In this document: positions 17,770 to 26,523 of the stretch, piece by piece
How positions within the stretch are numbered: the stretch's first letter is position 1
Layout: every line of letters begins with the position of its first letter
Assembly: GCA_937930305.1 (NCBI GenBank)
Contig: CALGLE010000004.1
Location: 156,920-220,919, forward strand
Source: an uncultured Granulosicoccaceae bacterium
GTDB taxonomy: Bacteria; Pseudomonadota; Gammaproteobacteria; Granulosicoccales; Granulosicoccaceae
Direction of reading: 5' to 3'
Length of the DNA stretch: 64,000 nucleotides
Made by a program: the position numbers and the translations under genes
Notes under the pieces: generated by a model
Seen by the model: only the letters and a program-made list of their open reading frames with translations
The model's database searches: none
What the model was told of the DNA's origin: nothing

Positions 17770-18145
17770 TGGTGGAGCAGGGGGGAGTCGAACCCCCGTC
17801 CGAAAGCACTCTGCCTTTGGTACTACATGCTTAGTTTAGTCATTGGCTTTAATCTTTTAACCGAGGACTAGCACCCTGAAAAAAGACGAGCTCATTATTT
17901 GTTTAGCGATCCAGTGTAAGAGCGACCCTTCACGCGATCCTGTGGCTATTGCCCCAAGGTCCGAGTCACAGGCAAAACGGACCAAGGGTAGAACTGAACA
18001 ACTAGACGTTAAGGTCTAATTATGCAGCCATTGCGTAGTTGTCGTCGTTGGCAACTATAAAGTTATCAGCTGATTTTAACGAGGGGATCTGATCCTCGGC
18101 ATGCACCTCAGGGTTTGTCACTCCCGTCGAGACCATGTCTGCCCC
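17770..18145 (-). ncRNA. ssrA: tmRNA (one-piece, 376 nt); tag peptide ANDDNYAMAA at 18052-18020
   Basis: 5' GGGGCAG pairs with 3' CUGCUCC-ACCA including G3.U; T-arm GGGGGTTCGACTCCCCC; resume codon context TATAGTTGCC followed by the tag ORF ending AA-stop. Confidence 0.97.
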
Positions 18146-18169
18146 AGGGAAGGTCGTAACCTTGAATAC

Positions 18170-18198
18170 AGTATGCGGCCGGTGGGGGTGAAATTCAA
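18170..18198 (-). promoter_or_regulatory. Candidate sigma70 promoter of ssrA
   Basis: Minus strand TTGAAT-17 nt-CATACT, 24 nt upstream of the mature 5' end. Confidence 0.6.
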
Positions 18199-18307
18199 GT
18201 CGATTGGCTAGGTTGTACGCATTGTTACGCAGCAATCACACTCAGTTCACGCAAAGCTCGGTATAAAATGCTGAAAGCTCACTTCGTTTCGGCCACTGCT
18301 CTCAGCC

Positions 18308-19165
18308 ATGACAAATCTTCACAATCGCCTTGTATCAGCCCTTCGCCTGTTTATTGTCACATCTGCGATTGCCTTTTCACAGGTGTCTTTATCACAGGAA
18401 ACTGAATCCAAAGCCGAATCGGGCCGTGTCGCTGTGTTTGAAGGTTGGTCGGGGTCGGCAACTTTGGGTGCTAGCACGTCAACCGGTAGTGCTGAAACGA
18501 GCAGTGTGAACGGTTCGGTTCGAGTGGGTAAGCGCTCTGGTAAATGGGAGCATTGGTTTTCGGCCGCCGCATTTAAAGGTGAGTCGGCGGTGGTGGCTCC
18601 GCGTCGGGGTGCGGATGGTGAGCCCATACTTGATGATAACAACGAACAAATTCTTGACATTGTTCGTGGTGATACGTCAGATCGGATTTCAGCCTCCTAT
18701 CAACCCCGGTATTTTTTCAGTACGAAAACTTATGGCTTTTTGACCTTTGACTGGGAACAAGATGAGCCGGCGGGTGTTTCTAATGCGACGCGCCAATTGA
18801 TCGGGGTGGGGCATACGTTCTATCAAGACAACTCGGGCTATCTGTCGGTGGAGTTGGGAGCGGGTAACAAAAACCTAGAAACGGTGGCGGGCGAGGACAT
18901 CAATGGCGCTATTGGATACGCGGCAGCTAACTATCTTTATCGGGTGAGCAACAACGTGACGTTTAATGCGAATTTACTTGGCGATTTTGGCAGTGACAAT
19001 CGCACCTTTGATGCAGCCGTTGGCATCAATTTTAAGCTGACGAATACGCTGGCTTTTGGCATCTCACATTTTGTTCGTTCGAATAGCGATGTCACGAATG
19101 AAGCCAACCCACTCAGTGGTCGCCGCGACAGCGTCACTACCATGAATTTAGTGATCGATATTTAA
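18308..19165 (+). CDS. DUF481 (YdiY-like) outer-membrane beta-barrel protein
   Basis: Signal peptide; 'WSGSATLGASTSTGSAETSS', alternating beta-strand pattern, 'GVGHTF', 'LSVELGAG', terminal strand. Confidence 0.75.
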   Translation: MTNLHNRLVSALRLFIVTSAIAFSQVSLSQETESKAESGRVAVFEGWSGSATLGASTSTGSAETSSVNGSVRVGKRSGKWEHWFSAAAFKGESAVVAPRRGADGEPILDDNNEQILDIVRGDTSDRISASYQPRYFFSTKTYGFLTFDWEQDEPAGVSNATRQLIGVGHTFYQDNSGYLSVELGAGNKNLETVAGEDINGAIGYAAANYLYRVSNNVTFNANLLGDFGSDNRTFDAAVGINFKLTNTLAFGISHFVRSNSDVTNEANPLSGRRDSVTTMNLVIDI

Positions 19166-19260
19166 CCAATCGAACCAGACAGACTGAATTTCCCAGCATG
19201 CCCTTGGAAGCGGCTGCTTGGCCCGGTACTCTATCGTTTTAGATGGAAGTGGAACCGTCG

Positions 19261-22200
19261 ATGCTCTGCTTACTCGGGCCTTCTGCCTTATCGAGTTTCC
19301 GAACTGACAACTTGCTAGAGCGCTTGCGCGTGGTGCAACCGGACATCACAGAGGTGACGGTTGAACAGTTGTACATCGCTGATCTGCACGAAAGTGACGA
19401 TTGGGGGGAGTCAAATCAGCGCACCTTGAATGATCTATTGGGCGCAACGGCAGCGGCGGCTGACGATTTATCCGCCACTTTATTGGTGCTGCCACGTGTG
19501 GGTACGGTCTCTCCCTGGTCCTCGAAAGCCACGGACATTTGTCACGCAACAGGCCTTGACGGGTTGAAGCGGGTCGAGCAAGGCCGATTGGTGAGCGTGT
19601 GGGCTAACGAAAACTCATTGTCGTCGGAAGACCTGTCCGATGAGGCTATGCAAATTCTGCACGATCGCATGGTGGAATCCCCATTTTCTGATTTCGAAGC
19701 GATTACCGATTATTTCCTCAGCGGAAAGCCGCAGCCATTAACGACCATTCCGGTGTTGGCTGAGGGTGCTGCTGCTTTACGAAAAGCGGATGAACTGTTA
19801 GGGCTTGCCTTGTCAGAAGACGAGGTGGACTACTTGGTGCTAAGTTTTCAAACGCTTCAGCGAGACCCGACGGATGCGGAACTGATGATGTTTGCGCAAG
19901 CGAATTCAGAACATTGTCGTCACAAAATTTTTAATGCCAGTTGGACGCTGGATGGGCATGCGGCTGAACATTCTTTGTTCGGCATGATTCGAAACACAGC
20001 CGATGTGACCAGCGCGGGGTTGCTGTCGGCTTATCATGATAATGCGGCGGTTATTGAAGGGTACAACGCGAATCGTTGGTTGCCTGATGCGAGTGGTGGC
20101 TATGTTACGTTGCCTGAACCTACGCACATTCAAATCAAAGTTGAAACGCATAATCACCCAACGGCTATTTCTCCATTTCCAGGTGCGGCAACGGGTGCCG
20201 GTGGGGAAATTCGCGATGAGGGTGCGACGGGGAATGGCTCAAAACCAAAAGCTGGTTTGTGTGGGTTTACTGTGTCGAACTTACAGATACCTGGGTGGGA
20301 GCAACCTTGGGAGGAAGATTCTATAGCGTTGGGGAAACCGGATCGCATTGCCAGTGCGTTTGACATCATGATGGATGGACCTATTGGGGCGGCAGCCTTT
20401 AACAACGAATTTGGTCGACCGAATTTAACGGGCTACTTTCGAACCTATTGCGAGTCAATTGGTGCAGACACACGTGGATATCACAAGCCGGTCATGATCG
20501 CTGGCGGCTTGGGGAATATTCGTCCGGGCAATGTGGATAAGCAACCGATTGTTGACGGGGCTGCGTTAGTGGTTTTGGGTGGGCCTTCGATGCAAATCGG
20601 ATTAGGTGGAGGGGCCGCGTCTTCAATGACCAGTGGCAGCAGTGATGCGGAATTAGACTTTGCATCGGTTCAACGAGGTAATCCTGAGATGCAGCGGCGT
20701 TGCCAGGAAGTGATTGATCGATGCATTGCATTAGGTAAAGACTCACCGGTTTTGTCGATGCACGATGTGGGGGCTGGGGGTATTTCGAATGCACTGCCTG
20801 AGCTGATTAATGATGCAGGCATGGGCGGCATCATTGAATTACGTGATGTGTTAAACGATGAACCTGCAATGACACCACTGGCGTTGTGGTGTAACGAATC
20901 GCAAGAGCGTTATGTGCTTGCCATCAGTGCAAACAAGCTCGATCAATTTAAAGCGTTATGCGAACGAGAAAATTGTTTGTACGCCGTCGTTGGGCATGCG
21001 ACTAAGCAACAAGACTTGGTGGTAAACGATGCCTTATTCAATAATAAACCGGTTGATTTGCCCTTGTCCGTGCTGTTGGGTAAACCGCCTAAGCTCGCTA
21101 TTGATGCCAAACACTATGAGCCAACGGTTAAGCCACTTAACACGCAAACGTTGGAAGTGAATGAATGCGTTAATCGTGTATTGCAATTGCCGTCGGTGGC
21201 TGCGAAAAACTTCTTGATTACGATTGGGGACCGCAGTGTGACAGGTCAAGTGGTAAGGGATCAGTTGGTGGGCCCTTGGCAAATGCCAGTGGCTGATGCT
21301 GCGGTGACGGCTGCTGACTATGTGGGTTTTACCGGGGAAGCCATGTCGATGGGTGAGCGTTCTCCGGTTGCGGTCATCAATGCGGCAGCATCTGCGCGTT
21401 TATCAATTGGGGAGGCGATAACCAATTTAGGGTGTGTGCATGTTGGCGAATTGTCGAATGTTAAGTTATCGGCGAATTGGATGGCATCGGCGGGCAATCA
21501 ACCTGATGATGCGGATTTATTTGATGCTGTGAAAGCTGTGGGGATGGAGTTAGCACCTGAACTGGGCATTGCCATTCCAGTAGGAAAAGATTCGCTGTCT
21601 ATGCGCACGCAATGGAATGACAAAGATCATCCATTGAGCGTGACGGCACCGGTGACGGTCGTGATTACAGCGTTTGCTCCCGTTGAAGATGTGCGACGTG
21701 TTGTCACGCCCCAGTTACGTACCGATTGTGGGGAGACGGAACTTTTACTCATCGATTTGGGGATGGGTAAAAATCGTTTGGGTGGTTCTGCGCTGGCGCA
21801 AGTATTTAATGCAACCGGAACATCGGCACCGGATGTGGATGATGCGGCGTTGTTGAAAGGGTTCCATGCTGCGCTACAACAGCTGCATGAACAGGAACTC
21901 TTGTTGGCTTATCACGATCGATCCGATGGCGGGTTGTTCGTTACCTTGGCGGAAATGGCGTTTGCTGGCAGCGTGGGTATAAGTGCGCAATTGCAATCGC
22001 TATCCAACGATGTCATTGCCGCTTTGTTTAATGAAGAGCTGGGGGCGGTGATACAAGTTCGTGAGTCTCAATATGCGGCTGTGATGGCCGTGCTTGAGTT
22101 GGCAGGTGTGGGAGACGCTGTGCATACCATTGGCACATTGAATGAACAGCAAGAACTTTACATTCAACACGGTGCAGAATGGGTGTATGCAGAACCTGTG

Positions 22201-23142
22201 GCTGAGATTCGGCGCGCTTGGTGGCAAACCAGTTATCACATGCAACGACTTCGCGATAACCCAGCCTGTGCTGACCAAGAACTGGCCCACATTTCCAAAG
22301 CTGACGATCCAGGCTTGTCACCGTTATTAAATTTTGACCCACAACATTCTGTATTGGATGCACCCGGTGTAATAAACACGAAACCGAAAGTGGCCATATT
22401 ACGAGAACAGGGCGTTAACAGTCATGTTGAAATGGCGGCCTGCTTTGCAGCAGCTGGCTTTGAACCGATTGATGTTCACATGAATGATTTATTCGCCGGT
22501 TCAACGGATTTGCAAGCTATGAAAGGGTTGGTGGCTTGCGGCGGTTTCTCTTATGGGGATGTACTGGGTGCAGGCGGTGGCTGGGCAAAACGAATTTTAT
22601 ATACACCGCAGCTATCCGACGCATTTGAAGCCTTTTTCCATCGTGATGACACCTTTAGTTTAGGTGTGTGTAATGGTTGTCAAATGATGTCTCGACTGAA
22701 AACGTTAATTCCGGGTGCGCGCTATTGGCCAAGCTTTGAACGTAACGCATCCGAACAATATGAGGCGCGATTAAGTACGGTAGAAATTTATGAGTCCCCC
22801 TCGGTGTTGCTAACCGACATGGAAGGTTCTCGTATTCCGGTCGCGGTGGCGCATGGGGAAGGGCGAGCACAATTTAACCGTGATGAAGATATTTTAGAAA
22901 CAAACGTGGCGGTGGGCTTTGTTGATAATCATGGTGCGATGACCGAGAGCTACCCCTTGAATCCTAATGGTTCACCTCACGGCATAACTGGGTTGTGTTC
23001 AGATGATGGTCGCGTCACCATCTTAATGCCACATCCTGAACGAGTGGCTCGCACACTGACCAACTCTTGGCATCCGCCCACTTGGGGAGAACGAGGGCCG
23101 TGGTCTCGAATGTTTGACAATGCCCGGGTGTTTGTTGGATGA
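19261..23142 (+). CDS. purL: Phosphoribosylformylglycinamidine synthase (large, fused PurL)
   Basis: 'AQANSEHCRHKIFN', 'KVETHNHPTAISPFPGAATG.GGEIRDE', 'HDVGAGG', glutaminase 'LGVCNGCQ', 'MPHPER'; about 1290 aa. Confidence 0.98.
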   Translation: MLCLLGPSALSSFRTDNLLERLRVVQPDITEVTVEQLYIADLHESDDWGESNQRTLNDLLGATAAAADDLSATLLVLPRVGTVSPWSSKATDICHATGLDGLKRVEQGRLVSVWANENSLSSEDLSDEAMQILHDRMVESPFSDFEAITDYFLSGKPQPLTTIPVLAEGAAALRKADELLGLALSEDEVDYLVLSFQTLQRDPTDAELMMFAQANSEHCRHKIFNASWTLDGHAAEHSLFGMIRNTADVTSAGLLSAYHDNAAVIEGYNANRWLPDASGGYVTLPEPTHIQIKVETHNHPTAISPFPGAATGAGGEIRDEGATGNGSKPKAGLCGFTVSNLQIPGWEQPWEEDSIALGKPDRIASAFDIMMDGPIGAAAFNNEFGRPNLTGYFRTYCESIGADTRGYHKPVMIAGGLGNIRPGNVDKQPIVDGAALVVLGGPSMQIGLGGGAASSMTSGSSDAELDFASVQRGNPEMQRRCQEVIDRCIALGKDSPVLSMHDVGAGGISNALPELINDAGMGGIIELRDVLNDEPAMTPLALWCNESQERYVLAISANKLDQFKALCERENCLYAVVGHATKQQDLVVNDALFNNKPVDLPLSVLLGKPPKLAIDAKHYEPTVKPLNTQTLEVNECVNRVLQLPSVAAKNFLITIGDRSVTGQVVRDQLVGPWQMPVADAAVTAADYVGFTGEAMSMGERSPVAVINAAASARLSIGEAITNLGCVHVGELSNVKLSANWMASAGNQPDDADLFDAVKAVGMELAPELGIAIPVGKDSLSMRTQWNDKDHPLSVTAPVTVVITAFAPVEDVRRVVTPQLRTDCGETELLLIDLGMGKNRLGGSALAQVFNATGTSAPDVDDAALLKGFHAALQQLHEQELLLAYHDRSDGGLFVTLAEMAFAGSVGISAQLQSLSNDVIAALFNEELGAVIQVRESQYAAVMAVLELAGVGDAVHTIGTLNEQQELYIQHGAEWVYAEPVAEIRRAWWQTSYHMQRLRDNPACADQELAHISKADDPGLSPLLNFDPQHSVLDAPGVINTKPKVAILREQGVNSHVEMAACFAAAGFEPIDVHMNDLFAGSTDLQAMKGLVACGGFSYGDVLGAGGGWAKRILYTPQLSDAFEAFFHRDDTFSLGVCNGCQMMSRLKTLIPGARYWPSFERNASEQYEARLSTVEIYESPSVLLTDMEGSRIPVAVAHGEGRAQFNRDEDILETNVAVGFVDNHGAMTESYPLNPNGSPHGITGLCSDDGRVTILMPHPERVARTLTNSWHPPTWGERGPWSRMFDNARVFVG

Positions 23143-24047
23143 GCCATTCCGTAAACACGACGCAGGCCATCCAACGCTATTGCGATATCCGCCACCGGTT
23201 ACCCAAAGCAACGCACCCCAGTGATTGGGTTAGTGTGGAGACGTTGGATGATCTCGTTGATGAATTTGATTTGTTTGTATTGGATGGGTTTGGTGTATTG
23301 AACGTCGGGGCCACGCCAGTGCCGGGTGCGGCCGACCGAGTGAATTCATTGCGAGCGGTGGGTAAATCGGTTGTGGTGCTGACGAATGGCGCTACATTGC
23401 CCGCTTACAAAACCCTGGAAAAGTATGCGGGCTGGGGTATGGCGTTTAAAGAGCAAGATGTCGTATCCAGTCGTGATGCGTTGGTGTACGGCATGCAACG
23501 AGACGGGCGTGACAACTTAGTTTGGGGCGTGGCGGCGACGGACTTTGCACAGATTGATCTGTTGCCCGGTCATTGTCATTTGTTGGAAGACGATGACGAT
23601 GCGTATCGAACCTGCGATGGCTTTGTCCTATTGAGTGCTTTGGATTGGACAGATGCCAGGCAGCATCGAATAACGAACGCAATGCAGGAAAACCCGCGTC
23701 CGGTCTTAGTTGGAAATCCCGATTTAGTGGCACCGCACCCAGAAAGGCTATCTTTGGAGCCGGGTTGGTTTGCGCATCAACTGGCTGATGAATTAGCTGT
23801 GTCTCCAGAATTTTTTGGCAAACCGTTCGGCAACGCCTTTGATGCCGTCATTCGGCGTTTTCCAGGCTTTGATCCTCAACGCATCGCAATGGTGGGTGAT
23901 TCACCGCATACAGATATTCTGGGAGGCGCTGCGGCAGGTTGGCGCACGGTACTGATTCAAGAACATGGCTTATGCAAAATGCACGAATTGAATGAGGTGT
24001 TTCAGCAAACTGGAATTTGCCCGGACTTTGTTGCTAGAACGACTTAA
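23139..24047 (+). CDS. HAD-IIA family hydrolase
   Basis: 'FVLDGFGVL', 'VLTNG', 'VGNPD', 'FFGKP', 'MVGDSPHTDILGG'. Confidence 0.88.
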   Translation: MSHSVNTTQAIQRYCDIRHRLPKATHPSDWVSVETLDDLVDEFDLFVLDGFGVLNVGATPVPGAADRVNSLRAVGKSVVVLTNGATLPAYKTLEKYAGWGMAFKEQDVVSSRDALVYGMQRDGRDNLVWGVAATDFAQIDLLPGHCHLLEDDDDAYRTCDGFVLLSALDWTDARQHRITNAMQENPRPVLVGNPDLVAPHPERLSLEPGWFAHQLADELAVSPEFFGKPFGNAFDAVIRRFPGFDPQRIAMVGDSPHTDILGGAAAGWRTVLIQEHGLCKMHELNEVFQQTGICPDFVARTT

Positions 24048-24061
24048 GAAAACGACTTAAG
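24038..24061. repeat. 11-bp direct repeat AACGACTTAAG x2 spanning two convergent stop codons
   Basis: Copies at 24038-24048 and 24051-24061. Confidence 0.7.
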
Positions 24062-25865
24062 CCGCTTCGTTAGCTGCCAACATTTCCTTTATTTGCGCGT
24101 TTAGCATGTCCGATTCAACTGGCTTGTGCAGTATTTCTATGCCAGTGGATGCCAGTTCGGCAACACGTTGGGGGGAGGTATCACCGGTGACTATAAGCCC
24201 TGGAATATCTCGATCGATGGCAGCGCGTAATTCCTGAATGACTTTGTCGCCGGTCAAGTGATCGCGCAAGCGGTAGTCAGCAATAATTAAATCAGGTTCT
24301 AGTTGCCTCTCAGCCAGCAGTTCAAGTGCCTCGTCGGTACATTCAGCACACACCGATTGATAATTTAAATAATCCAGCGTCATTCCCATTGCTTTACGAA
24401 TGCTTCTGTCGTCGTCTACCACGACAATGACCGCGCCATAATTTCTATTTTCAGCTTTCATGGGTTGGCTAGGAATAATGATTGATTGAACTGCTTCTGC
24501 CTCGCCAATGGGCACCGTCATAGAGAAGCGGGTGCCCGTGCCCGGGGATGAACGAAGCTTTAAGTCGATATCGAGCAGCTGACTTAAACGTTTTACAATG
24601 GATAAGCCTAATCCGAGCCCCTTGGATCGATCTCGTTCTGGATTGCCTATTTGGTAGTATTCTGAAAATACGGCTTTGTGTTCTTTTTTATCAATGCCCT
24701 TGCCGTTGTCCTGTACTGATATTTCAAATTGATCTCGAACTCGTCGAAACTCGATCGTGACATTAGTTGCGCCACTGTGTGCGATGGCATTTTCTACCAA
24801 GTTACGAATGATGCGGCTTAGCAAAATAGGGTCTGTTTTTGCGAATGCTTCCTCGCGACCTTCAAGTCGTAAAAATATCCCGTGGCCACTGGCAGATGGC
24901 TTTAATTGGTTGTGAAGGTTTTTTAATAACTCGCCTAAATCAAAATTCTCTTCCTCAATCGCGACGACGCCGGCATCTAATCTTGATAAGTCGAGCATGC
25001 TATTGAACAATCGATTGAGCGCATCAGCACATTCCATGGCTTCACTGAGTGCACGTCGCCCGGAGGGTTTGACTTCATTCTTTAAAGAATTTAAGAACAA
25101 GCCCAAGGCGTGTAAGGGCTGACGTAAGTCGTGGCTGGCGGATGCGATGAAGCTATCTTTTGCTTTTTGTTCTCGTCGACCGCTGCGCAATTCGTCTACG
25201 GTGTAAGCCAATTCACTCCTGGCACTTTGCGCTTCATGAAACAAGGCGTTAGTGCGAATGTTGGAACGAATTAGCAATCCGATGCCCAGCCCGCCGGTGA
25301 GCATGAGCAGCGCGATAAAAATGCGCATGTAGCCAGAGAGTTCAGATATTTGTTCTTCAACAGCGTCCGTTTGCTCTGCGGCGTTTATAAAATAACCGTG
25401 CCCTAATCGCTTGAGCGCGTTGGACACGCTGCGAGAGCGCTTAACCAGTTCGCTGAGGTCCTCACTGGTATATTCATGGTCGGGATGCATTTTCGGTTCA
25501 GCATCTTTTAAAAATTGTTCTGCATTGTTGATGAAGTCATCAGTCAGCACATCGGATGCGGTCGACATTGGAAACTGCATACGAAAGATGTAAAACGAAC
25601 TCCACATGACGTCAAACCGGTTCCTAACATCTAGCTCCATGGAAGCGCGGGAAACATCGTCCGTACCAGCTAGCTGCAGTTCGCGAATTGAGTCAATGAA
25701 TTGATCCACGTTGTGATCTGATTGCAGCAAATAATTCAGTGCGGCAGGGGCGTCGGCGGTGATGGTCTCGCGGGCGGTTGAAATGTTGCTTTGTACAACC
25801 CACATCACCAACACGCTTAAAGAGGCGCATATGAGAAGTACAAAGGTAAGTATGCGTTCGGCCAC
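24057..25865 (-). CDS. Hybrid sensor histidine kinase (2TM, helical periplasmic domain, HisKA, HATPase, REC)
   Basis: 'ASASHDLRQPL', 'RNLVENA', 'DNGKGI', 'GLGLGLSIV', REC 'VVDDD...ADYRL...HKP'; periplasmic 'RFDVMWSS'. Confidence 0.92.
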   Translation of the reverse strand: MAERILTFVLLICASLSVLVMWVVQSNISTARETITADAPAALNYLLQSDHNVDQFIDSIRELQLAGTDDVSRASMELDVRNRFDVMWSSFYIFRMQFPMSTASDVLTDDFINNAEQFLKDAEPKMHPDHEYTSEDLSELVKRSRSVSNALKRLGHGYFINAAEQTDAVEEQISELSGYMRIFIALLMLTGGLGIGLLIRSNIRTNALFHEAQSARSELAYTVDELRSGRREQKAKDSFIASASHDLRQPLHALGLFLNSLKNEVKPSGRRALSEAMECADALNRLFNSMLDLSRLDAGVVAIEEENFDLGELLKNLHNQLKPSASGHGIFLRLEGREEAFAKTDPILLSRIIRNLVENAIAHSGATNVTIEFRRVRDQFEISVQDNGKGIDKKEHKAVFSEYYQIGNPERDRSKGLGLGLSIVKRLSQLLDIDLKLRSSPGTGTRFSMTVPIGEAEAVQSIIIPSQPMKAENRNYGAVIVVVDDDRSIRKAMGMTLDYLNYQSVCAECTDEALELLAERQLEPDLIIADYRLRDHLTGDKVIQELRAAIDRDIPGLIVTGDTSPQRVAELASTGIEILHKPVESDMLNAQIKEMLAANEAA

Positions 25866-25879
25866 GGTATTGGATTAGT

Positions 25880-26425
25880 TTATTGCACGTTAAGACGAAC
25901 AAGCTGCCAAACGCTGGCGGCTTTGTTTTTTGCCGTCAACAACTCAGGGTATTCATCCCACGGAAAAGTGATCCACAATGGGCCCAATTCTCTCAAGCTG
26001 AGAGGTTTGCCGTTTTTTTCGTAGGCGACGATAACAGGATACTTTGTGGCTTCAACGCTGTCTAGATAATACCAATAATCGTCCAGTCCGAAGGCTTTGA
26101 CCTTATTCTTCTCCACATCAGCGCCGACGACAGCCAGCAGTTCGTTTAAGCGAACCCCTGCAAAGGTGCTGGTGACAGTCCATGGGGTGCTGGTGGTGTA
26201 ACTGGTACTACCAAACGCCTTGAGCATGTCTAAGTCAAATTCGGCCACAGGCTGGCCGTCACGCATGGCATTAGATGCAGAAATGTTACCGTCAATGACA
26301 AGCAACACTTCACCTTGGGCAGGGTCAAGAGCCCACGCGACATTTAGCATGAGCCCGACAGCAAATACCCCGCACATAAGTCGCGAAATTACTGGTTGGA
26401 GCAAGCTTTTTGTAAGATTCAGCAC
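25880..26425 (-). CDS. Periplasmic molybdopterin-oxidoreductase-like small protein (PruR-like pterin-binding candidate)
   Basis: Signal peptide; 'LLVIDGNI', 'TTSTPW...FAGVRL..LL', 'A..LDDY', 'GPLWITFP', 'VWQL'; 14 nt upstream of the kinase start. Confidence 0.7.
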   Translation of the reverse strand: MLNLTKSLLQPVISRLMCGVFAVGLMLNVAWALDPAQGEVLLVIDGNISASNAMRDGQPVAEFDLDMLKAFGSTSYTTSTPWTVTSTFAGVRLNELLAVVGADVEKNKVKAFGLDDYWYYLDSVEATKYPVIVAYEKNGKPLSLRELGPLWITFPWDEYPELLTAKNKAASVWQLVRLNVQ

Positions 26426-26523
26426 AAACTCTCGTGACCTTAAAGTCTAGGTACAATGATACTTAAGGCTACAATACCTTATAGTCATGTTTTATACACC
26501 TATCAATCGCGCTTTTGCCCGGC

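Noticed and set aside
18020-18235. 71-aa ORF ending ANDDNYAMAA
   Set aside because: It is the tmRNA tag frame extended upstream through the tRNA-like domain, not a protein gene.
23260-23300. HAD-IIA motif I reading DGFG rather than DxD
   Set aside because: From memory this variant is typical of a known HAD-IIA subgroup, so it is not evidence of inactivation or novelty.
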